A stretch of 64,000 nt of DNA from an uncultured Candidatus Sumerlaeota bacterium (GTDB lineage Bacteria > Sumerlaeota > Sumerlaeia > MVZB01): positions 6,806-70,805 of the forward strand of contig CAYYNQ010000038.1 in the NCBI GenBank assembly GCA_964473105.1, in the 5' to 3' direction. Shown piece after piece: positions 55,479 to 64,000 of the stretch. Position 1 is the stretch's first letter. Each line of letters starts with the position of its first letter. The notes under the pieces were generated by a model, which was not told the DNA's origin, made no database searches, and was given only the letters and a program-made list of their open reading frames with translations. Both the position numbers and the translations under genes were made by a program.

Positions 55479-55678
55479 GGCCCGTTCTCCAGTTGAAAGA
55501 AGGAGTTTCGGGGGGAATGGCAGGCAGGATTGCCCGGGGCGTTTTTCCCGTGTCGGGGTGCCGTTTGTGGGTGGAGGATCCGTACAAGACAATACTATCG
55601 TTGCAGTTTTGTGGATGGGTGATAGATTATGACGCGTTCAGTCAATTAATTCAGCCAGCGAAAGTGGGAGTTGCGCTC

Positions 55679-56683
55679 ATGAAAAAGCTAATCCGTGTCA
55701 TTCAATATGGTTTGGGGCCGATTGGGGTTGCAGCGGCTCGACTGGTCATGTCCAGGCCCGGCCTCAAACTGGTGGGCGTGGTGGATGTCGACCCTGAGAT
55801 GGTCGGAAAGGATCTGGGGAATATTCCGGGCATGGGGGGCAGGAGAACGGGAATCAAGGTGGTCGACTCGATTGGCAAGTGCAGGAAGGCCGATGTCGCG
55901 GTCCATTGTGCCGGATCCCGGATGCCTGGGATCTATGAGCAGCTCGGCGAACTGGCCCGGCATGGCCTTGACGTCGTCTCGTCGGCCGAGGAATTGCTTT
56001 ATCCGTGGTTTGCCCACCCTGGACTCGCCCGGAAACTTGCAAAGTTGTGTCTTGGGAATAAGGTCACCATGCTCGGTACGGGTGTCAACCCGGGCTTTGT
56101 CATGGACACTATGGCCCTTGCTGCGACAGGGGTCTGTCACGAAGTGCGTGGCATCAGGGTGACGCGGATCGTGAACGCAGCGACCCGTCGCAAACCCCTG
56201 CAGTTGAAGGAGGGGGCGGGCAACACCCTGCCGGAATTCAGGGCGAAGGTAAAAAATCAGCAACTGGGTCATGTCGGGCTGCTCGAGTCGATCGCCCTTA
56301 TCGGCCACGGGCTGGGCCTGAAACTGGACATTACCGATCGTATTCGTCCCAAGGTTGCCCCCAGAAGATTCAGGACAAGGCACCTGACGGTGCAGAAAGG
56401 ACAGGCCGCAGGGATTGAGCACCGGGGTTGGGGCAAGATCGACGGGAAGACATTCATTCACCTGCATCTTGAAATGTTTGTCGGCGATCATGAGTCCTAT
56501 GACGAGATTATTGTCAAGGGGACCCCCCCCATGCATGTACGGTTTGAGGGGGGCACTGCGGGTGACCCGGCAACGGTGGGCGTGCTTGTCAACGGGATTT
56601 CGAAGGTTTATGAGGGAAACCCTGGCTTGATCACGATGGTCGACGGCCCGGTTCACCGTGCATTCGGGTCCATTTTGCCCTGA
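55679..56683 (+). CDS. DapB-N-terminal-fold NAD(P)H-dependent amine dehydrogenase family protein (2,4-diaminopentanoate dehydrogenase-like)
   Basis: MKKLIRVIQYGLGPIGVAAARLV is the Rossmann motif. LGTGVNPGFVMDTM and QQLGHVGLLESIALI are also present. I placed the start at 55679. The track ORF from 55493 would overlap the divergent binding-protein gene. Confidence 0.75.
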   Translation: MKKLIRVIQYGLGPIGVAAARLVMSRPGLKLVGVVDVDPEMVGKDLGNIPGMGGRRTGIKVVDSIGKCRKADVAVHCAGSRMPGIYEQLGELARHGLDVVSSAEELLYPWFAHPGLARKLAKLCLGNKVTMLGTGVNPGFVMDTMALAATGVCHEVRGIRVTRIVNAATRRKPLQLKEGAGNTLPEFRAKVKNQQLGHVGLLESIALIGHGLGLKLDITDRIRPKVAPRRFRTRHLTVQKGQAAGIEHRGWGKIDGKTFIHLHLEMFVGDHESYDEIIVKGTPPMHVRFEGGTAGDPATVGVLVNGISKVYEGNPGLITMVDGPVHRAFGSILP

Positions 56684-56841
56684 AACCGTACGGCTGGGAG
56701 GGGAGGTTCAGCCCGGTATATCTGTCCTTGTTTCACCTGTGACATTACGGCTCTTTTGGACAGCATTGCCCGAGTCCCTGGCAAGTTTTCCGTCTTGCAG
56801 CTCGAGGGGATGTCCCGGTTTCTTGTGTAAGACAATGCAAT

Positions 56842-59397
56842 TTGACTTCCGTAACCAATCATGTCGATAATGACCACGGCATGAGATATCGTAAACACTC
56901 CAATATCAGAATTTACGTCGATCATATTTTTCGTCATCTCGTGCTGCTCCTACTGCTTTGGGGCTTGATCACCCCGTCTGCTGCGAATGGGGCAACAGAT
57001 AGTGAATCCGGTCTGACAACGGACACGGTGACGGAACCGGATGTTGTCGCAGCCCCGGCGACCGGGGATGAAACAGCTTCGGGGGCAGAGTTGGAAGGCT
57101 CGCGACTGGAGGAGGCGGCCGTCCTATTTGAATCCGAATGTTCACTCTGTCACGGGCCCGACGGCGGTGGGCAGGGTGAAGACAATCTGGATCTCACCGA
57201 TGGATTCTGGAATCACGGGGGCAGTCTCCAGGACATTATCGGGACGATTACGGAAGGGGTGCCGGACACCCTGATGAAGCCGCAGGAGGGCAGGCTGACC
57301 GTCGAGCAGATCGGGGACATGGCCCGTTATGTCAGGCGGCTGGCCTTGGATAAGCACGCTGAGACTGAAGAATCAAAACGGGATGCGGTCACCGAGCTGA
57401 CCGACGCGGTCGCCGGTAGTCTGCCCACGGCCCTTGTGATACCCGTTATGGACAGAAAAAATTTCATCGATGAGTTCATCTTCGGTAAAATGGAGGCTGG
57501 GGGGATTCCTCATGCCGGTTTGTGCACTGATGCCGAGTTCATGCGCAGGGTCTATCTGGACCTTTGGGGCCGTCTGCCTGACGCGGATGCCGTCCGCAGG
57601 TTTGTCACCGACGACAATCCGGGGAAACGGGACAGGCTGATCGATCAACTGCTGGCCTGTGACCACGAGGAATTGCGGGCCGTGATTGTGGACCTAGCAG
57701 AAAAAAACCCGACTTGGGACTCCAAGCGAGTCTACGAGGAGCTGATCAACACGGGTGGCCGCTTCAAGCCCGCGACCGAGGAGGATCAGAAGAACTTGGA
57801 ACGGGTCACCAGTGGTATCACGCGCGCGCTGAGACGCCAGAAAGAGCCTTACAAGGGCCCACTTTACTGGCTTGTCGAGAAGCCTTTCCTCAGCAAGTGG
57901 TCGTTCTTCTTCGAGGACCTCTTCAGGAACGGCCTGGACGGCAACGGAAACAACCGGGCTCTTTTCCATGAATATCTCGTTTCGTTTCTACGGCACAATC
58001 TTCCTTACGATTATGTCGTGCGTGAAATGCTGACGGTATCCACCCCCAACAGCGAGGCCTCGGGCGCCTCGGGACTGCTGGCTAGGCATGGAGTGATGCG
58101 TAACATCGGGGCCGTTTACCCGGAGCACGAGGATCTTTGTGATGAGGTTGCCGTTAACGTATCGAGATGCTTCCTCGGGATTGATCTGGGCTGCATCTCC
58201 TGCCACGACGGAAAGGATCATCTTGAAAACGTCAACCTTTGGCTTTCAAGCAGGACTCGCGAGGATTTCTGGAAACATGCCGCGTTCTTCGGAAACACTC
58301 GGATTTTTCGTCCGGCTCCGACTGGCCCAAAGGGCCATCAATTCGCGGTACTCGATACAACCTCGATGCGGACTGGAAAATCCGTGGGGATGGCCGATTA
58401 CCCCTTTGATTCACCTGAGACAGGGAATGAAACAAACGGCTATGATACCGCCACCACCAGCGTGCTGCGGGTGGCCCGTAACGGGAAGGCTCCGGTTCGG
58501 CCAACCTTCATCCTCAGCGGTGAAAAACCCTCGGTAGAATCGGGTCTTCGGGACGAATATGCACGAATGATCACGTCCAATGTCCAGTTTGCAAGGCACA
58601 CCGTCAACCTCATCTGGGCGCAGTTCATGACCGTGGGGATCGTTGATCCGCCATTCAGCTGGGACCTTTTGCGCCAGGATCCGGACAACCCGCCGCCTGC
58701 CCCATGGGATCTTCAACCCTCTCATCCGGAACTGCTTGCAGCTTTGGCGGAGGATTTTGTGAGTAGCGACCACGACCTGCGAAGGCTGATGCGGACAATC
58801 TGCCGGTCCAACGCCTACCAGCTCTCCAGCAGGTTTGATGGTGAATACAAGGCCGAATATGACCGTTATTACGCCCGTAAGCTGGTTCGCCGCCTGTCGG
58901 CTGAGGAGATTTACGATGCCATCGCCAAGGCGACCAATGTTTTCGGCCACGGGACGGACAAACTTCCCGACTGGTCCGGTTACACGATGGAGTTGCCCAG
59001 CCCCGATAATCAGTATGCCAAGCACGGCATGAAGGAGTTGATGTACCTGCTGGGTCGAGGCGACCGCAATACCAAGATGCCCGATACGAATATGTCAATC
59101 GTTGTGTCGTCGCTGCTCTTATACAGCGACATCATCAGGGAGAAGGTGCTGGCTGCGACCGAGGATAGCCGCACCGGTTTTCTGCTCAACGAGATCCCTG
59201 TCTGGCAATGGCGGGACATGGAGGGGGGTGGGGCGCGGAAGGTTGTCGAGGAGTTGTATTTGTGGACGCTGTCACGGTTTCCCTCCGATGCTGAGATGGC
59301 AAGCGCGGTCGGGCACCTGGAGAATTACCGGGACCTGGGGGTTGAGGATCTCCAGTGGGCGCTGATCAACCAGCCGGAGATGATGCTGAACTACTAG
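56842..59397 (+). CDS. planctomycete cytochrome-c domain + DUF1549 + DUF1553 protein ('B3', divergent)
   Basis: 851 aa. CSLCHGPDGGG (nt 57139-57153) sits in a mono-heme cytochrome-c-like module (..GVPDTLMKPQ..). FMRRVYLDLWGRLPD..RDRLIDQLLA is the DUF1549 signature. GCISCHDGKDH (58192-58206) is the DUF1553-type motif. The track start is a TTG, and ATG 56881 (MRYRKHS..LLLLLWGLITPSAANG) is an equally good start. Confidence 0.85.
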   Translation: MTSVTNHVDNDHGMRYRKHSNIRIYVDHIFRHLVLLLLLWGLITPSAANGATDSESGLTTDTVTEPDVVAAPATGDETASGAELEGSRLEEAAVLFESECSLCHGPDGGGQGEDNLDLTDGFWNHGGSLQDIIGTITEGVPDTLMKPQEGRLTVEQIGDMARYVRRLALDKHAETEESKRDAVTELTDAVAGSLPTALVIPVMDRKNFIDEFIFGKMEAGGIPHAGLCTDAEFMRRVYLDLWGRLPDADAVRRFVTDDNPGKRDRLIDQLLACDHEELRAVIVDLAEKNPTWDSKRVYEELINTGGRFKPATEEDQKNLERVTSGITRALRRQKEPYKGPLYWLVEKPFLSKWSFFFEDLFRNGLDGNGNNRALFHEYLVSFLRHNLPYDYVVREMLTVSTPNSEASGASGLLARHGVMRNIGAVYPEHEDLCDEVAVNVSRCFLGIDLGCISCHDGKDHLENVNLWLSSRTREDFWKHAAFFGNTRIFRPAPTGPKGHQFAVLDTTSMRTGKSVGMADYPFDSPETGNETNGYDTATTSVLRVARNGKAPVRPTFILSGEKPSVESGLRDEYARMITSNVQFARHTVNLIWAQFMTVGIVDPPFSWDLLRQDPDNPPPAPWDLQPSHPELLAALAEDFVSSDHDLRRLMRTICRSNAYQLSSRFDGEYKAEYDRYYARKLVRRLSAEEIYDAIAKATNVFGHGTDKLPDWSGYTMELPSPDNQYAKHGMKELMYLLGRGDRNTKMPDTNMSIVVSSLLLYSDIIREKVLAATEDSRTGFLLNEIPVWQWRDMEGGGARKVVEELYLWTLSRFPSDAEMASAVGHLENYRDLGVEDLQWALINQPEMMLNY

Positions 59398-59516
59398 GAG
59401 ACCTTTTCAGGAATGCCCCTTCGACGGGATCATGCATTCATGTTGATCCATGTTACGGCTGCCGCGGGCCAATATCCGGTTTGACCGAAAATGATTCAGC
59501 GGGTAGAATTCGAGCC

Positions 59517-60911
59517 ATGATAAAGAATCCGCATATCCCCGTTCTTTCGCGCAGGGATTTCATGCGTGTCGGCGGAGTCGGGGTTGCCGGCTATTCACTG
59601 CTGCCGATGCTCATGCCGCTGAACGTGCAGGCCCGGGGGAAAGTCGAGCCTCGCGGCGGCGCTGAGATCTGCATCTTCATCATGCTGCAGGGTGCGGCCA
59701 GCCAGATGGACACTTTTGATGTCAAGGAGGGGCCGGATACCCCGGGGGATTTTGATATCCGCACCGTCAGGGATGGCCTGCGCATGCCGGTTGGCACGTT
59801 GCCGATGCTCTCCGAGCGTTTCCAGAAATACACGATCGTACGTTCGATGGGGGCTTGGGACCTGAACCATGACCGCAGCACATATCATCTGCAGTCGGGG
59901 CGTGAATTCCAGATTGCCCGGGCCGGCGAGATCCCCTCGATCGGGTCGGTCATTGCATATGAGATGCGCGACCGGCGCAGGGACTCTGATATCCTGCCTT
60001 CCTTCATCTCCTTTGATGTCCAGACATCCATCCTGGTCAACTGCGGGTTTCTGCCTTCATATACCGCGCCGATGAACCTCAAGCAGGGGACGCCTCTCAC
60101 ATTCGTGATGTCTGAGGAAGAAAAGCAGACTTTTGAAAGAAGGCAGCAACTCGCCATGACCCTCAACCGGGAGTGGCATGAGACCCCTGGCGACCGGTCC
60201 CGGATATTCAGGGACCTGGATGAATACCGCAGGTCCGCCACGCTGTTGAGCGACCCCCGTTGTGCGGAGGTTTTCACCCTGTCCGACGAAGACAAGGAAA
60301 GGTACGGTGAGCACAACAGTGGATTCGGTCCCCTGGGAAATGCCTGTGCGATGGCCCGAAATATCGTGGAGGCGGACCTGGGCACGAAGTTCATCCTGAT
60401 CAATCATGGTAGCTGGGACCTGCATACCGATATTTATAAAAAGGACACCCATTGGAGCCAGTATACGATGAACGCCCAGCTGGACCGGGGGCTGGCCAGC
60501 CTGCTGGATGATCTGGAGTCGAGGACCGACAAGGAGGGACGGCGCCTGATCGACAAGACGCTGGTCGCTTGCGTGGGAGAATTCGGCCGCACCCCGGGAG
60601 TGCTGAACGAGTTGAACGGCAGGGACCACCATCTCGATGCCGGGATCGCGGTCTTTGCCGGCGCCGGTGTCAAAGGCGACCAGGTGCTGGGCGCGACGGA
60701 TAATGTTGGGGGGAAGATCATCGACCCGGGATGGCACAAGCAGAGGCCCGTTTATCCTGAGGATGTCTTGGCAACGATCTATTCAGTCATGGGTATCGAC
60801 TGGACCAAGAAGATTACCCAGACCCCCTCGGGCCGGGCATTTGAATACACCGAATATATTGCGCCGAAAGGCCTGATGGATTTTGGTGAAATAAGCGAGC
60901 TGTTTGCCTGA
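59517..60911 (+). CDS. DUF1501 protein, Tat-exported ('C3', divergent)
   Basis: 464 aa from MIKNPHIPVLSRRDFMRVGGVGVAGYSL. Motifs: LQGAASQMDTFDVKE, VGEFGRTPGVLNELNGRDHHLDAG. The track ORF (59355) overlaps the end of B3. Confidence 0.85.
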   Translation: MIKNPHIPVLSRRDFMRVGGVGVAGYSLLPMLMPLNVQARGKVEPRGGAEICIFIMLQGAASQMDTFDVKEGPDTPGDFDIRTVRDGLRMPVGTLPMLSERFQKYTIVRSMGAWDLNHDRSTYHLQSGREFQIARAGEIPSIGSVIAYEMRDRRRDSDILPSFISFDVQTSILVNCGFLPSYTAPMNLKQGTPLTFVMSEEEKQTFERRQQLAMTLNREWHETPGDRSRIFRDLDEYRRSATLLSDPRCAEVFTLSDEDKERYGEHNSGFGPLGNACAMARNIVEADLGTKFILINHGSWDLHTDIYKKDTHWSQYTMNAQLDRGLASLLDDLESRTDKEGRRLIDKTLVACVGEFGRTPGVLNELNGRDHHLDAGIAVFAGAGVKGDQVLGATDNVGGKIIDPGWHKQRPVYPEDVLATIYSVMGIDWTKKITQTPSGRAFEYTEYIAPKGLMDFGEISELFA

Positions 60912-61273
60912 TTGGCAAAGTTCCCGGATTCATACGGCACCCGGTTTGCTTTGCACCCGTCCTGAATGAACAAACCCCGTCCGTTTCCATGCGGTGGGTT
61001 CATGTCGGGATGCCTGTGCCTGTCCCGGGGTGCCGAGGTCGGGAAGGTTGTGCCGGGTGGGCGGCATTGACTCCGTTCGGGCCGGTGCTACCGGTGTTGT
61101 GCGGACTAACTTTCTATTTGACACTACAAGCCGAAAAGTTGTATGGGTGTTTCCGATTGCGGACAGCCGTTCAGGGCCCACGGTGGTCGGTATGCCCAAC
61201 TGATATCGGGCCGGCGGGTTCAGGTGCCGTGGCATGCACTTTAAAATATGTTGCACGAAAGGTATGGGGTATC

Positions 61274-62791
61274 ATGAGGCGCAATATTCTTGAGGCTACG
61301 TCATTGAAAAACCTTGGTCTGGGCCAGTTCCATGGATTATTGACCGGTCCGGCTTTGTTCATGCTCGTCCTGTGCTGGATCCAGCCGGTATGGGTTCATG
61401 GCGAGGAGCTGGTTGGGGTTGCGCCGTCGACCGGTGGAGTTGTCGCGACCTATGAGGACCTGGTGGTCACCGAGGACGAATTTTACATCCGTGCAAATTC
61501 GCTCATTCGCACGCGGACGCTGCATGACCCCGACCAGTTCCAAGCGGAGGCCTGGCTGCGACACCTAGTGGAACTCGAGCTCATCCCCAAGTGGATTCGG
61601 CGTGAGGCGACAGCGCGTGGTGTCGAGGATGACGAGCGGTTCCAATGGTACATCGGTTACATCAAGGACTATGGCGTTGCCAGATCGGTGAAGGAACGGG
61701 TCATGGCATCACTCCCGCCGGAAGATATGATCGACAAGAGCAGGGTTGAAGAACCGGAGATGCGCGAGCATTTTGAAAAATTTGTTTTCAATGTCCGGGG
61801 CATGGAAAAATTACGCATCCACTACATCTTTTTTCCCAAGGCCGGGGATGACGGGGACAAGAATCAGGCTCAGCGTGAGAAGGCCGAGAAGGCGTTGTCC
61901 CGGGTCCGAGCGGGTGAGGATTTTGTTGACGTGATGATGGATGTCACTGAATCAGAGGATGGCATCACGACCGAGCCGTTCCAGCTGTCACGTCGTTACC
62001 CGCCCCACAAGAGCATGCGTGATGTGGTCGAAAGGATGAAGCCCGGCGACATTACGGGTGTCCTTGATGCCACAGCCGGTTTTTATATCATCTATTATCT
62101 TCCCTATCAGGTCCTGACCGAACTCAGCAGTTTTGAGGCTGCGTATGCAGTCCCTCACACCCGACAGAGAATCGTCAATTTTGTGCTTGCAAAGCGGCAG
62201 CGTACGTATCCCTACGGTGAGTATCTCGATTCCATCGCACAGTCGCATGATCTCCAGTTATTTGATGCCAGCCAATTGGCCCAAGGTGAACACCCTCCAC
62301 CCGAGACCGTGCTGATCAGGCTTAATGACGTTGCATACACCATGGACGACCTGTATAACTTGGCGGATTACACGGTCATGAGCTCGAGGAATATTGGGGT
62401 GGGTTTCTGGGTGGAACAGACCCGTGAGCATATGCTGCTGGCCCGGGCGGTTTATGACGGCAAGGTCGAGTATGACGATGTCGATGATCTGGGCTGGCGT
62501 AAAAAGGAAAATGAATCCTATGAACACTGGTTGAAGGTCAATCTGCGCAACTCGATCATGGATGAGGATCCCGAGCTGGACGTCAACAGCAAGGAGGATC
62601 GGTCCGAGATCATGGAGATAGCCGAGGGAAGCCTTCATCAACTCGAGCACTCGGTTCGAGCCGGCTACACCCTGCTCATCACCCCCGACCAGGTCGATAT
62701 GACCCGGCTTGATACCGAGACGTTGAATCTGCCTTTTGATCATGCGGCGCCATCTGGCGGGGGAATGAACGTCAAGGTTGGAGGACAGTGA
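61274..62791 (+). CDS. PpiC/parvulin-type peptidyl-prolyl isomerase domain protein (SurA/PrsA-like chaperone), N-terminal signal anchor
   Basis: I placed the start at MRRNILEATSLKNLG..ALFMLVLCWIQPVWVHG. The central region RIHYIFFPK..AEKALSRVRAGEDFVDVMMDVTES..MKPGDITGVLDATAGFYIIYYLP resembles a parvulin domain. The functional call is tentative. Confidence 0.6.
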   Translation: MRRNILEATSLKNLGLGQFHGLLTGPALFMLVLCWIQPVWVHGEELVGVAPSTGGVVATYEDLVVTEDEFYIRANSLIRTRTLHDPDQFQAEAWLRHLVELELIPKWIRREATARGVEDDERFQWYIGYIKDYGVARSVKERVMASLPPEDMIDKSRVEEPEMREHFEKFVFNVRGMEKLRIHYIFFPKAGDDGDKNQAQREKAEKALSRVRAGEDFVDVMMDVTESEDGITTEPFQLSRRYPPHKSMRDVVERMKPGDITGVLDATAGFYIIYYLPYQVLTELSSFEAAYAVPHTRQRIVNFVLAKRQRTYPYGEYLDSIAQSHDLQLFDASQLAQGEHPPPETVLIRLNDVAYTMDDLYNLADYTVMSSRNIGVGFWVEQTREHMLLARAVYDGKVEYDDVDDLGWRKKENESYEHWLKVNLRNSIMDEDPELDVNSKEDRSEIMEIAEGSLHQLEHSVRAGYTLLITPDQVDMTRLDTETLNLPFDHAAPSGGGMNVKVGGQ

Positions 62792-62995
62792 AGGATGGGC
62801 GGAGGACACCCCGCCCTGATCGGTCATTCCTGAGCCCGGGTGGAGATTGTTGTTTGGCCTGAACGCCAGTTTCGTCGGGAATGGGGGATCGAGTGCACTG
62901 GCCGTTTGTCCGGGTTCGTTCCTGTGATCGGGGCTGTGGCCGGTTCTGCTGTTTAATTACCGGAAAAATACGTTTCGATGCTCAGGAGGTTTCGC

Positions 62996-64000
62996 ATGAA
63001 ATTCACGGCGAGGACCGCGCTCTTTCTCAATCACTGCTTGGCCGGTATCCACGGGTTGATCGTTTTCTGCTATTCAGTGGCCTATGTCGGCGCGGGCGTG
63101 CCGAACCCGTCGGATGTCCTCGATCTTGAGGCCATCCGGCCCGCCGGTGAATTCAGGGAATCGCTTGCCCCTGACACGCTGGATCTTGCACAGCATGCTG
63201 CATGGTCTGTCAATGCGCTCACGGGGAATGTCAACCCCGACAAGTTTTATGCGGTGCTCTACATGCACTTTTTGGCGGACAAGTTCAAGGTGGAGGAGGG
63301 CGGAAACTGGGATATCCTCCCCAAGAACATCCGGGCGTTGCCTTACATGCGTAACATGTGCGGCAGTTCGCAGGCCCTTGACGTGGAACTCGAGATGATG
63401 CGTGCCATGCTTGAACAGGTGCGTGAGGACGGCCAGATCTATTACCCGGCCGATGGTTTTCATCACCCCAAGAACACATCGCTTCCCTGGTTCAACGGGA
63501 TTGCCGTGCTCGCCATGATGAATTGGTATGAACGCGACGGCAAACCGGGTTGGAAGGACTGGATCAGCCTGGTCTGCGGGGGGCTTAAGGATGCCGTGAT
63601 CCGTGTCGAGGACCGGGCCTATTACCCCCCCGAGTCCAGCCGGAACCCTGATGGGACCTGGAACTGGACGCTTCGTCACAAGCCCTTCTATCCCTACAAC
63701 CCGCCCGACGAGTTTGATTTCGACCAGCAGGGCTATGAGGGGTCCGCCAAGTTCGAGCAGTCCTACTCATTCCGTGCGCTGGTCTGGAACTATCTGATGC
63801 AGGGTGACCGGGAATCTCTGGAGACGGCCAGGGCGGTTGCCAATTTCGTGCTCAAGCCCTCGATGTGGGAGGACACCTCGATGGAGGGTTACCCCGGTTA
63901 TGAACACGGGATCTGGGCCGGGCACGTCCACGGCAACATCGCCAGTCACCATGCCCTGCTTAACCTGGCCGTTGCCGACGACAACAACTGGCTGAAACAG
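62996..64000 (+). CDS. hypothetical protein with N-terminal signal/anchor; 3' end runs off the window
   Basis: This ORF is absent from the ORF track because it has no stop codon in the window. ATG 62996 is preceded by AGGAGG (62984-62989). My hand translation gives 335 codons without a stop: MKFTARTALFLNHCLAGIHGLIVFCYSVAYVGAG..YYPADGFHHPKN..YYPPESSRNPDGTWNWTLRHKPFYPYNPPDEF... The opposite-strand ORF 63074-63679 is Arg/Pro/Gly-rich antisense noise. Confidence 0.65.
   Translation, partial: MKFTARTALFLNHCLAGIHGLIVFCYSVAYVGAGVPNPSDVLDLEAIRPAGEFRESLAPDTLDLAQHAAWSVNALTGNVNPDKFYAVLYMHFLADKFKVEEGGNWDILPKNIRALPYMRNMCGSSQALDVELEMMRAMLEQVREDGQIYYPADGFHHPKNTSLPWFNGIAVLAMMNWYERDGKPGWKDWISLVCGGLKDAVIRVEDRAYYPPESSRNPDGTWNWTLRHKPFYPYNPPDEFDFDQQGYEGSAKFEQSYSFRALVWNYLMQGDRESLETARAVANFVLKPSMWEDTSMEGYPGYEHGIWAGHVHGNIASHHALLNLAVADDNNWLKQ

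Noticed and set aside
20950-56870. A possible shared CCAAT-containing motif upstream of the three cassettes: tgCCAATcagg near 20970, CTCCAATGG x2 at 39.08 kb, aaCCAATcatg near 56860.
   Set aside because: Only a 5-mer is shared, which is expected by chance in gaps of this size. The orientation relative to the gene is opposite for cassette 2.
61118-61147. A sigma-70-like promoter (TTGACA, 18 nt, TATGGG) upstream of the parvulin-like gene. A similar TTGACA at 12000-12005 lies upstream of the MFS gene.
   Set aside because: The -10 elements are poor (TATGGG, TAGGTT), and the spacing or context is unconvincing. Promoter consensus in this lineage is unknown to me.
1-64000. A search for CRISPR arrays, tRNA/rRNA genes, insertion-sequence ends, integrases, toxin-antitoxin pairs, restriction-modification or other defence-type genes, reverse transcriptases and long DNA-level repeats.
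   Set aside because: Reading both strands, I found no regularly spaced repeats, cloverleaf-like segments or enzyme motifs of these classes. The only exact DNA repeat noticed is the 17-bp tandem at 39.07-39.10 kb. A computational repeat, tRNA and HMM scan would be needed to exclude them formally.

Overview
This is a GC-rich bacterial chromosomal window with about 48 densely packed protein-coding genes, many with stop/start overlaps. I recognised no rRNA, tRNA, CRISPR array, transposase, integrase or transcription factor.

The gene content suggests a member of the PVC superphylum (Planctomycetota, Verrucomicrobiota or Lentisphaerota). The pointers are three DUF1549/DUF1553 + DUF1501 pairs, an orphan GspG-like pseudopilin, and many Tat- or lipoprotein-exported enzymes. 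This taxonomic call is inference only.

Layout:
- **1-14.4 kb:** sugar/cyclitol-type catabolic genes. They include an RbsB/MocB-like binding protein, two PhyH dioxygenases, a 2-hydroxyacid dehydrogenase, a xylose-isomerase-like TIM barrel, a Gfo/Idh/MocA oxidoreductase, a DegT-type aminotransferase, an aldo/keto reductase (AKR), a creatininase-family protein, two amidohydrolase-2 proteins and an MFS sugar porter.
- **14.6-20.8 kb:** an operon of CoA-transferase A/B, thiolase, aldehyde dehydrogenase and IolD.
- **21.0-28.0 kb:** cassette 1, made of a secreted beta-sandwich protein, a DUF1549/DUF1553 cytochrome-like protein, a Tat-exported DUF1501 protein and an SMP-30 lactonase-like protein.
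- **28-33 kb:** an M24 peptidase, an SDR, a degenerate PanB-like protein and a CocE/NonD hydrolase.
- **33.1-39.0 kb:** cassette 2 on the minus strand, with permuted gene order.
- **39.5-50.9 kb:** a CoxG-like protein, an OYE/FadH-like flavoenzyme, an internally duplicated Cys-rich secreted protein of unknown function, a Zn-ADH, a D-aminoacylase, a class-III aminotransferase, an HpcH aldolase and a second SMP-30 protein.
- **51.0-55.5 kb:** a carbohydrate-type ABC transporter.
- **55.7-64.0 kb:** an amine-dehydrogenase-like protein, cassette 3 (DUF1549/DUF1553 + DUF1501), a parvulin-like protein, and an unknown protein truncated by the window edge.

The best candidate for an undescribed system is the thrice-repeated DUF1549/DUF1553 + DUF1501 pair. 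It combines a Sec-exported, heme-motif-bearing protein with a Tat-exported protein. Two of the three copies also carry a paralogous secreted multi-beta-sandwich third component.

All functional calls rest on motifs I recognised by eye in the translated ORFs. No database search, HMM scan or structure prediction was run. Start codons are often ambiguous because the high GC content extends ORFs upstream.
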